Both the position numbers and the translations under genes were made by a program. Under the pieces are notes generated by a model that ran no database searches, was not told where the DNA came from, and was given only the letters and a program-made list of their open reading frames with translations. Shown one piece after another: positions 39,693 through 52,188 of a DNA stretch of 64,000 bases (positions within the stretch are counted from its first letter, which is position 1; each line of letters begins with the position of its first letter). Source of the DNA: an uncultured Fibrobacterota bacterium (GTDB taxonomy: Bacteria > Fibrobacterota > Chitinivibrionia > Chitinivibrionales > FEN-1185); NCBI GenBank assembly GCA_963753345.1, contig CAVWBU010000027.1, positions 160,001 to 224,000 on the forward strand, written 5' to 3'.

Positions 39693-40055
39693 ATGGGAAA
39701 AATTACCGTTTACCTCGATGAAGAGCATCAGATAATCCGGCAGAATTTCGACGGCAACATCGACGAGGACATGGTGCAGCGGTTCCTCGAGGAAAACCAC
39801 GCCGCTGCTGCGCGGCTCAAGGACCCGAAGAAAATACGTATTCTGGGGGTCGCGGACAGCCTGGGGAAAGGCTCGCCGGAAGCGCGCCGTCAATTGCTCA
39901 GTAATTTGAGCGATGCCGATGTTTACCGAGTGGCCCTTGTTGGAAAAAACCCCTTCATGAATGTGGCGGTTTCGTTTTTTCTGGCTATCAAACCGTCCAA
40001 GAAAATCCGGGTGTTTGGCAACGAGGACGATGCAATGCGATGGCTTTTGGAGTAG
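39693..40055 (+). CDS. STAS/SEC14 (SpoIIAA-like) small protein
   Basis: Motifs 'SPEARRQL', 'RVALVG', C-term 'RVFGNEDDAMRWL'. Confidence 0.7.
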   Translation: MGKITVYLDEEHQIIRQNFDGNIDEDMVQRFLEENHAAAARLKDPKKIRILGVADSLGKGSPEARRQLLSNLSDADVYRVALVGKNPFMNVAVSFFLAIKPSKKIRVFGNEDDAMRWLLE

Positions 40056-40099
40056 GGCATGGAACGGCCCGACCAACGACCCCAAGGGCAGGAAGCTAC

Positions 40100-43000
40100 A
40101 TGACTGATTCTCCACCCGTCAGCCTGAATCCCGAAAGCGCAGAGTATTTCGAGCACATGCTCGATGTGTTCGCACACATCTCCAACGGCGATTTTTCCAA
40201 GCGTATAGACGTTTCCGCGCTTCCTTACGACCATGTTCTCACCAAGGTGCTGTGCGGCCTCGACATGATGATGGACGACCTCGAGGAGGCGAGGAACAGC
40301 TTAGCCGACATCAGGAAAAACCTCGAGCAACAGGTTGACGAACGCACCTCGGAGCTTGCGAACGCCAACAAGAACCTCACCGCCGAAATCGAACAGCGGA
40401 AAAATGTGGAGGCCGATCTTCGAACCAGCGAGGAGCGTTACCGGCTTCTCGCCGAGTCGGCGCCGGATTTCATTTACATTCTCGACAAAGAAATGCGGCT
40501 TGTGTATGTCAACAGTGCATCATTACGCTTTCTGAAAATTCCCAGGGAAGAGATTCTGGGAAGGCCGGCACGGGAGTTTCTCCCATACTCCGAGGTTGCG
40601 GCTCGAAACATGAGCCTGGCTGATGTGATCGAATCGGGCAGTCCGCTTGCATTCCGCAAGGAGGTGCGTATCCGTGAGGTGCCTCTGTGGCTCGACACGG
40701 TCCTTGTGCCGCTGCAGGACGCCGGCGGCGCGATTACGTCTCTGATGGGCGTTTCGCGCGACATCACCGAGGAGATGAAGGCAAACCAGGCCGTTGCCGA
40801 GAACGAAAAGTTTCTGTCCGATGTTTTCGCCAGCATTCAGGAGGGCATAAGCGTTCTTGACAAAAACCTCACCATCGTGCGCGTGAACCCGAAGATGGAA
40901 GAATGGTATGCTCATGCCCTCCCTATGGCGGGGAAGAAATGTTATGAGGTGTACCACGGACGTTCTGAACCGTGCAGGGTGTGCCCCAGCATCGTTGCCA
41001 TACAAACGCGCAAGGCCGCCCACGAACTGGTTCCATTGCAGGACAAGGACGACAGGGTGAAAGGGTGGCAGGACCTTTATTCGTTTCCGATAATCGACCG
41101 GAAGACCGGCGAGGTCAAGGGCGTCATCGAACACGTGCGCGATATTACGGAGCGCAAGTCGGCCGAAGAGAAGCTGCGGCAGAGCGAGGAGAGGTTCAGA
41201 ACCCTCGCCGAAACCGCCGGCACGGGAATATTTATCGTCAAGAACTCGAAGTTCTCCTATGTCAACTCCTACATCGAGAAAGGCACCGGGTACTCGCGCG
41301 AAGAACTGCTCGCCATGAGCTTCTGGGAAATAGTGCATCCCGATTTCAGGGACCTGGTGCGCGAGCGCTACAGGACGCGGATGCGGGGCGAGCAGGTGGA
41401 TGCGGAATATGAATTTAAATATGTCAGGAAAGACGGCAGCGAGGGATGGGTGGTGCACAACGTGGGGCTTATTGAACTCGAAGGGGGACCGGCGATCATC
41501 GGGACGCTGCAGGAGATAACGGAACGCAAGAGGATTGCCGATGTTCTCGAAGCCGAGAAGGAATTGCTTGCGGTGACCATGGAAAGCATCGGGGACGGCG
41601 TCATTTCGGTCGACACGGAAGGCACGGTCCTTTCGATCAACAAAAATGCCGCGGCACTTGCGTGCGATCATGCGGAGGACGCTGTGGGCAGGCACGTGGA
41701 CGAAATCGTGTGCTTCATCGACGATGCCGCTAGGGAGCCGCGGCAGGGCATCATTCGCGAAATGATTAAGAAGCACGGCGTTCGGCGCTTCGAGCGCACG
41801 GTGATGATCCGCACCGGGCACAACGCCATAAGGCTCGTCGAGCTTTCGGTATCGCCCATCGAAACTGAAAACGGCATCAAGCTCGGCATGGTGCTCGTGT
41901 TCCGCGACGTCACCGAGAAACAGAAACTGGAGGCGGACCTTCAGACGGCGCGAAAGCTGGAATCTCTCGGCGTGCTCGCCGGGGGCATAGCGCACGACTT
42001 CAACAACATCCTCACCGGAATCATCACCAACCTGTTTATGGCAAAGGCGAAAGTGAAAGCGGACGCCGAAACCTTCGAGCTGCTTGCCGAGGCCGAAAAG
42101 GCTTCCTTCAAGGCAAGTAAACTGGTAAAGCAGCTCATCACGTTTTCGAAGGGAGGCACGCCGGTAACGGAGGCGTTCTCGTTGAAAGGCGTGATCGAAG
42201 AATCCGCAGGGTTCTGTCTTTCCGGTTCCAACGTCAAATACACGCTCAAAATTCCGTCGGACCTGTGGCTTGTGGAAGGCGACAAGGGCCAGATAGAGCA
42301 GGTTCTCAACAACCTCATCATCAATGCCGACCAGGCAATGCCCGGCGGCGGCACGCTAACCATTGCGGCCGAAAACACCGCGCTGTCGCAGGACAGGAAG
42401 GGAGACAAGGGTCTGCTCGCGATCCTTCCGGAGGGCAGGTACGTAAAGGTGTCGGTCGCCGATGAAGGACCGGGAATCCCCAGCGAAAACCTGAAAAAGA
42501 TTTTCGATCCCTATTTCAGCACAAAACCCAACGGCACCGGCCTTGGGCTCACCATTGCCTACTCTATTGTCAAGAACCATAAGGGGACGGTTACGGTTGA
42601 TTCACAACAGGGAAAAGGCGCCGTGTTTTCGTTCCTTCTTCCCGCGGCACGGGATGAGGAAAAAACGGCGGCTCAACCCTCGCGCGGCGCATCCTCCGCA
42701 ACCAGGGCGCTTCGCGTACTGGTGATGGACGATGATGCTGCGGTGAGAACCGTGGTGACCCAGCTTCTCAAGACTTCGGGATACGCGGTTTCCTGCGCGT
42801 CAACCGGAGAAGAAACAATCGCCCTGTACGAACGCGCCATGGCGTCGCAGACCCCCTACGACATCGTGGTGATGGACCTCACCATACCGGGCGGCATGGG
42901 CGGAAAGGAAACCGTTGAAAAACTCCTTGTGATCGATCCCAGGGCGAAGGTGATCGTGTCCAGCGGCTATTCCAACGATCCTATTATGGCCAATTACCGG

Positions 43001-43122
43001 GACTATGGATTCTGCGGCGTAGTGGCCAAACCATTCAACATCGACGACTTCTTAAGCGTAATTCGAAAAAGCATAGGCGGCAAGTCCGGCAAACGCGCGC
43101 CGGGCGGGAAAAGGGCAACGTT

Positions 43123-43126
<4 letters not shown>
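40100..43126 (+). CDS. Cytoplasmic multi-PAS hybrid histidine kinase (4 PAS-HisKA-HATPase-REC)
   Basis: Four 'DITE/EITE/DVTE' PAS ends, 'AHDFNNIL', 'NLIINA', 'GTGLGL', REC 'MDLTIPGG..SSGY..KPF'. No TM helix. Confidence 0.92.
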
Positions 43127-45054
<1,928 letters not shown>

Positions 45055-45090
45055 CATTCGGGGCCGCGCAGCAGAAATTCTTTTCCTCGC

Positions 45091-45120
45091 TTGCACGCGC
45101 CCGTCGGGATCAAATATTTT
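45091..45120 (+). promoter_or_regulatory. tRNA-Pro promoter TTGCAC-N18-TATTTT
   Basis: Ends 13 nt upstream of the tRNA 5' end and is followed by TAGAC. Confidence 0.55.
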
Positions 45121-45133
45121 TAGACATTAAAAC

Positions 45134-45208
45134 CGGAGTGTGGCCCAGCCTGGTTAGGGCACTTGGTTCGGGACCAAGTTGTCGGAGGTTCAAATCCTCT
45201 CACTCCGA
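45134..45208 (+). tRNA. tRNA-Pro (CGG)
   Basis: Acceptor CGGAGTG/CACTCCG+A, anticodon arm CTTGG-TTCGGGA-CCAAG, T-arm GGAGG-TTCAAAT-CCTCT. Confidence 0.97.
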
Positions 45209-45312
45209 TTTTTCCCTTCCCGGTTCTTCTTCCCCTATGTCACCAGGGTTCGCGCGGCGCCGGGCGATAGTCCGGCGCTGCCGGCGCAATAGCAAAGAAG
45301 CCATTCTCGCGT

Positions 45313-46629
45313 ATGGAAAAACTCCGTTTTTTCGGAGACATCGCCGACAGAACCTTCGACAACGGGCTCAAGGCAATCTGCCTCAAAAAACCCGGCGCGC
45401 CCGTGGTGTCGGTCCAGGTGTGGTACAAGACGGGCAGCGCCAACGAGCGTGACGGCATCAGGGGAATCTCGCATTTCTTCGAGCACATGATGTTCCGGGG
45501 CTCCAAGAACGTCGGCCCGGAGGAGCATGCGCGCCGCATCAACGACGTGGGCGGGCATTACAACGCCTTCACCGCGGAAGATGTCACCGCGTATCTCAAC
45601 GCCGTGCCCCGCGAACACCTCGACATGGTGCTCTCCCTTGAATCCGACCGCATGAACGACCTTGTCATCAACGACAAGGTGCTGGAGACCGAGCGCAAGG
45701 TGATTGCCGAGGAATTCCAGACCTACATGAACAATCCGCTCACCAAGGCGTTCCTCGAATTCCGGAAGGAATTCTTTAAAGGCCGTGCGTACGAGTATTC
45801 GGCGCTGGGACGGATGGAAGACATCCGGACGGTTTCGGTAGGCGACTGCATGGACTATTACCGGCGATGGTATGCGCCCGACAACGCCCTGATCGTCGTG
45901 GTGGGAGATATTGACAGCTGCGAATCTGTTTTCGACAGGATCAACCGCTGCTTCGGGAGCCGTCCGGCGTGCGGCGCGGATTTTTCGGCGCCTGCCGCCG
46001 AACCGCCGGCCCGCCGTCCGCTCTGGATGAAACGAGACGTGGACTTCGACGTGCCCATATGCATTGTGGGTTACCCGGCGCCTCCCGCGTCCGACCCGGA
46101 CGCCCTGCCGCTCGAAATCCTCCAGCTCGTTGTCTCGCAGGGGGAATCGTCGCGGATGCACCGGGAAATCGTGCGGCGCAGGTCGCTCGCGGTGATGGCG
46201 GGAGGAATGAACCAGAGCCTCAAGCGTGCGGGCATGTCCCTTTTCTTCGCCGTTTTCACCCCGAACGTTTCGCAGCGGCGCGTGGAGGATGCCATAATTT
46301 CACAGGTTGAGGCCGTGAGAACCGGCGGAATTTCCCCTTTGGAAATGGAAAAGGTGAAGAACACGGTATTGACAAACAGGGTTTACGAGCTGTATTCGGC
46401 CGACCACATCTGCCAGAAACTTGCCTATGCCGAAGCCATAGAAGGCGACTACCGGCACTGGGTGCGGCGGCTTTCCGAGCTTGAGTCGCTCGATGTCAAT
46501 GCCTTGAAAGACGCCGCAGTTCGCAATTGGGACGAAAGTACCCGCCATACCCTTTATCTCAAGCCGAAGAAGGTGAATCCGCTGCTGTTTGCAGTCGGAC
46601 TTGCAAGAAAATTGGCGCCCCGGCGGTAA
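45313..46629 (+). CDS. M16 zinc peptidase, catalytic subunit
   Basis: HXXEH motif 'HFFEHMMF', NAFT, 'ERKVIAEE'. Confidence 0.93.
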   Translation: MEKLRFFGDIADRTFDNGLKAICLKKPGAPVVSVQVWYKTGSANERDGIRGISHFFEHMMFRGSKNVGPEEHARRINDVGGHYNAFTAEDVTAYLNAVPREHLDMVLSLESDRMNDLVINDKVLETERKVIAEEFQTYMNNPLTKAFLEFRKEFFKGRAYEYSALGRMEDIRTVSVGDCMDYYRRWYAPDNALIVVVGDIDSCESVFDRINRCFGSRPACGADFSAPAAEPPARRPLWMKRDVDFDVPICIVGYPAPPASDPDALPLEILQLVVSQGESSRMHREIVRRRSLAVMAGGMNQSLKRAGMSLFFAVFTPNVSQRRVEDAIISQVEAVRTGGISPLEMEKVKNTVLTNRVYELYSADHICQKLAYAEAIEGDYRHWVRRLSELESLDVNALKDAAVRNWDESTRHTLYLKPKKVNPLLFAVGLARKLAPRR

Positions 46630-46660
46630 CGGATCACCCTGCACGCGGGCGACGGACACT

Positions 46661-47986
46661 ATGGAAACGACATCATACAAATTTCCTCCAATCGTCCAGG
46701 AGACCTTGGATAACGGCCTTGAGCTGCTCCTTGTGGAAGACCACGCGCAGGAGGGCGTCACGCTTGCGCTCCAGATGCCCTTTGGCGAATTCTCCGATCC
46801 GGTGTTGCGCGAAGGAACAACCGAAGCAGCCATCGGCATGATGCTCAAAGGGCCGGCGTCGCTTAGCCCTGAGGAATTCTCCCAGGAACTGGAGCAGGCA
46901 GGCGCCAGCCTGTTTACCGATGCGGGTGACGAGCACTGCGTTTTCGGGTGCAAAATGCTTGCACGCGCAGCAGACCGGATTATCCCGCTCTTCCGGGACA
47001 TGATATGCGGCCCGGGGTTTCGGCCCAAAGAACTGACCCGCATCAAGCGGGAGATGACCACCGGCCTCAAGGCCGAGCTTGCCGACCCCGCGTCAATTGC
47101 GAACAGGCATTTCGGCGCCGTGCTGTGCGGCACCGGACATCCGGTGGGCAGGGTGCAGACCGTGCGGTCGGTCGGCAAGATCGGCATCCGGCATGTCAAG
47201 GATTGGTACGATTCGTACGTTTCGTCGCAGAGCGGACTGCTGGTTGTCGCGGGGGATTTCTCCGCGACCGCGATGCTCTCGACGTTGCGGGGGCTTTTCG
47301 GACCCTGGAAAAAAGGCCGCAGCAATGAGCCGGTCGCGGCAGGGCCGATCGCCGCGCTTGCCGAAAACAGGATCCGTCTTGTTGACAAGAAAGACCTCAC
47401 CCAGGTGTCGCTCATTCTGGGACATCCGTCGGCAAGCGAGCTCGATCCGCTGCGCAACGAGGTCGCGCTTGCCAATTACGTGCTCGGCGGGGGAAATTTC
47501 TCATCGAGACTCATGGCGCACATCCGCTCGCGTGAGGGCAAGACGTACGGCATTTCGTCGCAGCTGTCGTGCAGCAGGCGCTACGGCATTTTTTCAATCG
47601 CCACGTCCACGCAGAACAGCCAGGCAAAGGAAATGCTTGCGTCGATCGTCGAGGTGTACCGTACGTTCGGGGACAAGGGCATCACGCAGGAGGAACTCGA
47701 CAAGGCTAAGCAGTTCGCCATGGGCAACATGGCGTTCCAGCTCGAGGGGATAGTGAATGTCGCGGAGAAAATCCTGTGGCTCAAACAATTCGGAAGAGAT
47801 TTGTCATACATCGAACGGTTCAACGACCGTATCGCCTCGATCACCCTGGAGTCGGTGAATCGCGCCATAGGCGAGCACCTTTCTTCAAAGGCATTTGCCG
47901 TGGTCGCAGTCGGCAGGAAGGATGAAATCGGCCCGGTGCTCGCGGAGTTCGGCACGGTCGAAACCGTGGATTTCCGGTCCCTGTGA
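46661..47986 (+). CDS. M16 peptidase non-catalytic partner subunit
   Basis: No HXXEH motif. Has 'LGGGNFSSRL..IRSREGKTYG'. Confidence 0.9.
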   Translation: METTSYKFPPIVQETLDNGLELLLVEDHAQEGVTLALQMPFGEFSDPVLREGTTEAAIGMMLKGPASLSPEEFSQELEQAGASLFTDAGDEHCVFGCKMLARAADRIIPLFRDMICGPGFRPKELTRIKREMTTGLKAELADPASIANRHFGAVLCGTGHPVGRVQTVRSVGKIGIRHVKDWYDSYVSSQSGLLVVAGDFSATAMLSTLRGLFGPWKKGRSNEPVAAGPIAALAENRIRLVDKKDLTQVSLILGHPSASELDPLRNEVALANYVLGGGNFSSRLMAHIRSREGKTYGISSQLSCSRRYGIFSIATSTQNSQAKEMLASIVEVYRTFGDKGITQEELDKAKQFAMGNMAFQLEGIVNVAEKILWLKQFGRDLSYIERFNDRIASITLESVNRAIGEHLSSKAFAVVAVGRKDEIGPVLAEFGTVETVDFRSL

Positions 47987-48053
47987 ATGTGCCCCTGCCT
48001 GGCCGGGCAGGTTGTTTCCGGACGATGCGGTGTTCCGCCGATGCCGGTATGCG

Positions 48054-48083
48054 TTGCCACAATTTCGGCACCCGATCTATTTT
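48054..48083 (+). promoter_or_regulatory. Promoter TTGCCA-N18-TATTTT, 6 nt before the folK ATG
   Basis: Same layout as the tRNA-Pro promoter. No SD upstream of folK. Confidence 0.5.
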
Positions 48084-48089
48084 AGACAA

Positions 48090-48611
48090 ATGGTTACCGT
48101 GTTCCTCAGCCTTGGCTCAAATCTCGGTAACAGGCGCCGGAACATGTGGCAGATGAGAAACCGCGTTTCCCGTTTTCTTGACAAGCCGGTAAAAGTTTCT
48201 CGGTTGATGGAAACGGAACCCGTGGGCATTCACACACGGCAGCCGTGGTATCTCAATTGCGTGATGTCCGGAAGATTCGCCGGCACGGCCGAGGAGCTGC
48301 TGGCAGAATGCCGGGTAATAGAGAACGACCTCGGCCGCACAAGAGAAACGCACTTCGCGCCCCGGACCGCCGACATCGATGTTCTCATGTTTGACGGCGT
48401 TAGGATTCGCAGGAGCAATCTGGTTGTGCCGCATCCCCGCATGCTCCGGAGGCGGTTCTGCCTGGAAGGGCTGCGCGACATTGCTCCGCGCACGACGATC
48501 CCTGGCGCAGGCCGCACATGCTCGCAGATGCTCGAAAGGATGACGGCAAAGGTGAAGGCGCAGAAAATCGGTTTTATTGCGTGGCGGGAATCTAGGTCAG
48601 GAAAAGGATAA
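48090..48611 (+). CDS. folK: 2-amino-4-hydroxy-6-hydroxymethyldihydropteridine pyrophosphokinase
   Basis: Motifs SLGSNLG, ETEP, YLN, PRTADIDVL, VPHPRM..RRF. Confidence 0.93.
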   Translation: MVTVFLSLGSNLGNRRRNMWQMRNRVSRFLDKPVKVSRLMETEPVGIHTRQPWYLNCVMSGRFAGTAEELLAECRVIENDLGRTRETHFAPRTADIDVLMFDGVRIRRSNLVVPHPRMLRRRFCLEGLRDIAPRTTIPGAGRTCSQMLERMTAKVKAQKIGFIAWRESRSGKG

Positions 48612-48615
48612 TGTC

Positions 48616-49326
48616 ATGGCAGTCAAAGCGGCACCGCGTCTTCCCCGGAACGTGCGGCACCTTGCCGTTGAAGGCGTGCTCGGCGTGGGCAAGACCGCGC
48701 TGTGCAACCTTCTGAGCCAGCGGCTCGGCGCCCGTCTTGTTCTTGAAGAGGGCGAGGAGAACCCTTTTTTGCCGAAATTCTACAAGAGCAGAAAATCCTT
48801 TGCTTTCCAGACGCAACTGTGGTTTCTCCTGTCGCGCTACCGGCAGCTCTCGGAGGCGTTTACGCAGCTCGACCTGTTCCAGGAGATCACGATCCTGGAT
48901 TACATGTTTGCAAAAGACAGGATATTCGCGAGCATCAATCTTGACGACAACGAGCTCGCGCTGTACAACCGGATCGCTTCGATTCTCGAGCACAGCGTGC
49001 CGGGCCCGGACTATGTGGTGTACCTGCAGGCTTCCACCGACGTGCTTGTCAAGCGCATCGAAAAACGCGGAAGGACGTTTGAGTCATCGGTAGAAAAGGG
49101 CTACATCGACCTTCTCAACCAGGCATACAACCATTATTTCTTTCACTACACCGATTCCCCGCTGCTCATCATCAACACCAACAAGATCGACTTCGTCGAA
49201 TATGAGGGCGACCTCGACGAAGTGGTCAAGGAAATATGCAAGGCGGCACCGGGCAGCAACTATTATCAGCCGCCCGATTCAAAGACGCGCACCTTTTTCG
49301 ACAACAGGAAAAGGGAAGAGAAATAG
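48616..49326 (+). CDS. Deoxynucleoside kinase (dAK/dGK-like)
   Basis: Motifs EGVLGVGKT, ENPFL..FY, FQTQLWFL..RY, KDRIFA, RIEKRGR. Confidence 0.9.
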   Translation: MAVKAAPRLPRNVRHLAVEGVLGVGKTALCNLLSQRLGARLVLEEGEENPFLPKFYKSRKSFAFQTQLWFLLSRYRQLSEAFTQLDLFQEITILDYMFAKDRIFASINLDDNELALYNRIASILEHSVPGPDYVVYLQASTDVLVKRIEKRGRTFESSVEKGYIDLLNQAYNHYFFHYTDSPLLIINTNKIDFVEYEGDLDEVVKEICKAAPGSNYYQPPDSKTRTFFDNRKREEK

Positions 49327-49405
49327 GAGCGCCGGATTCCGGTCTTGATACAGCACGTGTTTTCCGTACGTTCCCCTTGTCAAACAATCCGGATGCATGC
49401 TTCCC

Positions 49406-50263
49406 ATGAAAATCGTTGCCAGTCCTTCGGAAATGAAAAACCTCTCGACCACGTACCGGAAGGCAGGGAAGACCGTGGGCCTGGTGCCGACCATGGGCGC
49501 GCTGCACGACGGGCATGCGTCGCTCATTGCGGAAGCCCGCCGTCGGTGCGACGTAGTGGTGACGAGCATTTTCGTCAACCCCATTCAATTCGGTCCCGCC
49601 GAAGATTTTTCGAAATACCCGCGGCCGTTTGGTGCCGATTGCAGGAAGGCGGAAGAGAGCGGATCCGACGCGGTGTTTGCTCCCGCCGCCGGCGCAATAT
49701 ACCCGGACGATTTTTCCACCTTTGTCAATGTCGAAAGGATTACCGATACCCTGTGCGGGGCGAGCAGGCCGGGACATTTCAAAGGTGTTGCGACCGTGGT
49801 GCTCAAGTTCTTCAACATCGTTTCCCCGCACGTTGCGGTGTTCGGCCAGAAGGACGCGCAGCAGTGTCTTGTGATCAGGCGCATGGTGCGCGACCTCGAC
49901 TGCCCGGTGCGGCTTGTGTTCGCGCCCACCGTGCGGGAACAGGACGGCCTGGCCATGAGTTCGCGGAATTCGTATCTCTCACCGGAGGAACGCAGCGCAG
50001 CGCCGCTCATTCACAAAGGGCTTTCGGCGGCGGCGCTGCTGTACGGGTCTGGCGAACGCACCGCGAAAACGCTGAACGAGGCTATCGCACGAGCCGTTCG
50101 CGGTTCCGCGCTGCTTTCCGTTGAGTACATCGAAATCGTGGACATGGAAACCCTGGCGCCAATGCCGCAGCTTTCGGCGCCCGCACTTGCCGCTGTTGCG
50201 GCAAGGACCGCCGAAACAGGCACAAGGCTTATCGACAACGTCGTCTTAGGAGGAACATTTTGA
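49406..50263 (+). CDS. panC: Pantoate--beta-alanine ligase
   Basis: Motifs PTMGALHDGH, SIFVNPIQF, RPGHF.GV, FGQKDAQQ, GLAMSSRN, RLIDN. Confidence 0.96.
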   Translation: MKIVASPSEMKNLSTTYRKAGKTVGLVPTMGALHDGHASLIAEARRRCDVVVTSIFVNPIQFGPAEDFSKYPRPFGADCRKAEESGSDAVFAPAAGAIYPDDFSTFVNVERITDTLCGASRPGHFKGVATVVLKFFNIVSPHVAVFGQKDAQQCLVIRRMVRDLDCPVRLVFAPTVREQDGLAMSSRNSYLSPEERSAAPLIHKGLSAAALLYGSGERTAKTLNEAIARAVRGSALLSVEYIEIVDMETLAPMPQLSAPALAAVAARTAETGTRLIDNVVLGGTF

Positions 50264-51555
50264 AAAACGCTTCCGCGCCGTCGGCTCCGGTCATCTTCAA
50301 TCTGTTCCCCCGCTATTACTCTTCCATCGACGAGTGGAACGCGGAAATTCCCCATGCTTCGGACATGGGGTTCAACTGGATTTACGTAAACCCTTTCCAC
50401 GCGACAGGCTTTTCGGGCAGCCTCTACGCGATAAAGAACTACTACCAGCTCAATCCGCTGTTTGTCAAGAAAGGCCGCGACACCTCGGACTGGCGGCCGC
50501 TCAAGAAATTCGTGGCCGCGTGCAACGATGCTTCGGTCGCCGTCATGATGGACCTGGTGGTCAATCACACGGCCTTCGATTCGGTGCTTGTCAAGACAAA
50601 CCCCGGGTGGTACAAGCGCGACGAGCAGGGCAGGCTTATCAGTCCGCACGCTATTGATCCGGCCGATGCCTCCAAGGTGACGGTGTGGGGCGATCTTGCG
50701 GAGATCGACAATCTCGAAAGTAAAGACCGGAAAGGCCTGTGGGAATACTGGAACAAGCTTGTGTTGCATTTTCAGGAGATGGGGATCCGTGGTTTCCGCT
50801 GCGATGCGGCGTATCAGGTGCCGGCCGCTCTATGGAAATACCTCATTGGGTCCGCTAAAAAGCGTTACCCGCGCACCATTTTCCTCGCCGAAACGCTCGG
50901 ATGCACCATGGAGCAGATCGCGGCGCTCAAGGGAACCGGATTCGACTATCTGTTCAATTCGTCGAAGTACTGGGACTTTGACAAACCGTGGTGCCTCGAA
51001 CAGCACGAAGGGAACAGGAAAGTCGCGCCGTCGATAAGCTTTCCGGAATCCCACGACACCGAAAGGCTCGCCGGCGCTGAACCGGGCACTGTCGCCGTCC
51101 AGAAAATGCGTTATGCTTTTGCCTCGATTTTTTCCGAAGGGCTTCTTATGCTGGAAGGGTACGAATTCGGCGCGAAGCGCAAGACCGATGTGGTGAAAGG
51201 CACTCCCAAGGACTTCGAACCCCCGCTGTGGGACCTGACCGCCTGGATAAAGGAAATGAACGGACGGAAACGGATGACGCCGGTGTTGTGCGAGGAAGGC
51301 AGTTGGACCGCTCTCACCGATTACGAAAGGGACTTCATATTTCTCCTGAAGCGGTCAAACAAGACGGCTGATCCAGTCCTCGTATGTGTCAACAAGCTGA
51401 TGGACAGCGAGCTTGCCGTGGAACCGCAGAATCTTCCGGAGGAATACGCATTGTGCACAACCATGATCCGACCGCTTTCAAGTCCGCTCAAGGAATGTGT
51501 CCTGCCGCGCAAACTCAGCCTCGGTCCGGCGGAGATCGTATTCTTCAAGCTCTAG
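50260..51555 (+). CDS. GH13 alpha-amylase-family glycoside hydrolase
   Basis: DLVVNH, catalytic GFRCDAA / FLAET / ESHD all present. TTG start overlaps the panC stop. Confidence 0.88.
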   Translation: MKNASAPSAPVIFNLFPRYYSSIDEWNAEIPHASDMGFNWIYVNPFHATGFSGSLYAIKNYYQLNPLFVKKGRDTSDWRPLKKFVAACNDASVAVMMDLVVNHTAFDSVLVKTNPGWYKRDEQGRLISPHAIDPADASKVTVWGDLAEIDNLESKDRKGLWEYWNKLVLHFQEMGIRGFRCDAAYQVPAALWKYLIGSAKKRYPRTIFLAETLGCTMEQIAALKGTGFDYLFNSSKYWDFDKPWCLEQHEGNRKVAPSISFPESHDTERLAGAEPGTVAVQKMRYAFASIFSEGLLMLEGYEFGAKRKTDVVKGTPKDFEPPLWDLTAWIKEMNGRKRMTPVLCEEGSWTALTDYERDFIFLLKRSNKTADPVLVCVNKLMDSELAVEPQNLPEEYALCTTMIRPLSSPLKECVLPRKLSLGPAEIVFFKL

Positions 51556-51567
51556 CGCGACATAGGA

Positions 51568-52101
51568 TCACTTGACAATCACGCTTCCCAGAGGAACCTT
51601 GACCAGAAGAACCAGGGTGTCACCCTGGTTGCGCGTGCACATTGTTGACGAATACGTGATTGCGCCGGCGATGTTTTGTCCGAACGTGCCGGCGCGTCCG
51701 AGCGACCTTGTCCTAAGGTAAAGCGCCCATCTCTTTGCGTCGTACTGCGCGGCCATGGTGCGGCCCGCTTCCTGGGCCGCCTGCGGATGCGACCGGTTGA
51801 ACGTTCCTTTGCCTGCCGTGAGGAAACAGCTAGACGCCGAATCGAAAGCGGCCTTGGCGAGCGCCTGCGTCGCATTGCCGTTGCCGGGATCGGCGCGAAC
51901 CCGGTCTTCCAGAGCCTCAACAATCCCCAGAATCGAATCGCACGCCGCGGAATTATTCAAAGCGATGGACTTCTCGACACGCTGCGTTTCGGACGATGGA
52001 AGCGGCTTTTTATCTGAAGCGGGCGATGCGTGTTCCCTGCACGAGGAAACAACGAGAACCACAAAGAAGAAAACGCCGATTGCGGCGACGTAACGTTTCA
52101 T
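51568..52101 (-). CDS. Hypothetical lipoprotein
   Basis: MKR, hydrophobic core, lipobox 'VSSC'. Confidence 0.7.
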   Translation of the reverse strand: MKRYVAAIGVFFFVVLVVSSCREHASPASDKKPLPSSETQRVEKSIALNNSAACDSILGIVEALEDRVRADPGNGNATQALAKAAFDSASSCFLTAGKGTFNRSHPQAAQEAGRTMAAQYDAKRWALYLRTRSLGRAGTFGQNIAGAITYSSTMCTRNQGDTLVLLVKVPLGSVIVK

Positions 52102-52109
52102 GGTATTTT
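52080..52109 (+). promoter_or_regulatory. Promoter TTGCGG-N18-TATTTT (extended TG) for gmhB-yfhO
   Basis: Matches the recurring pattern. Overlaps the start of the divergent lipoprotein gene. Confidence 0.4.
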
Positions 52110-52188
52110 ATTCCGTGTTCGGCTGCAAGCCGCTCACGACAAAATAGTTTCCTTTGGTCACGACAGCAAACAACGAATGTCGCCCGTC

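Noticed and set aside
45254-45281. GC-rich hairpins in intergenic gaps (also near 47994 and 49332) as a REP family
   Set aside because: The sequences do not resemble one another, and such hairpins are expected at this GC content.
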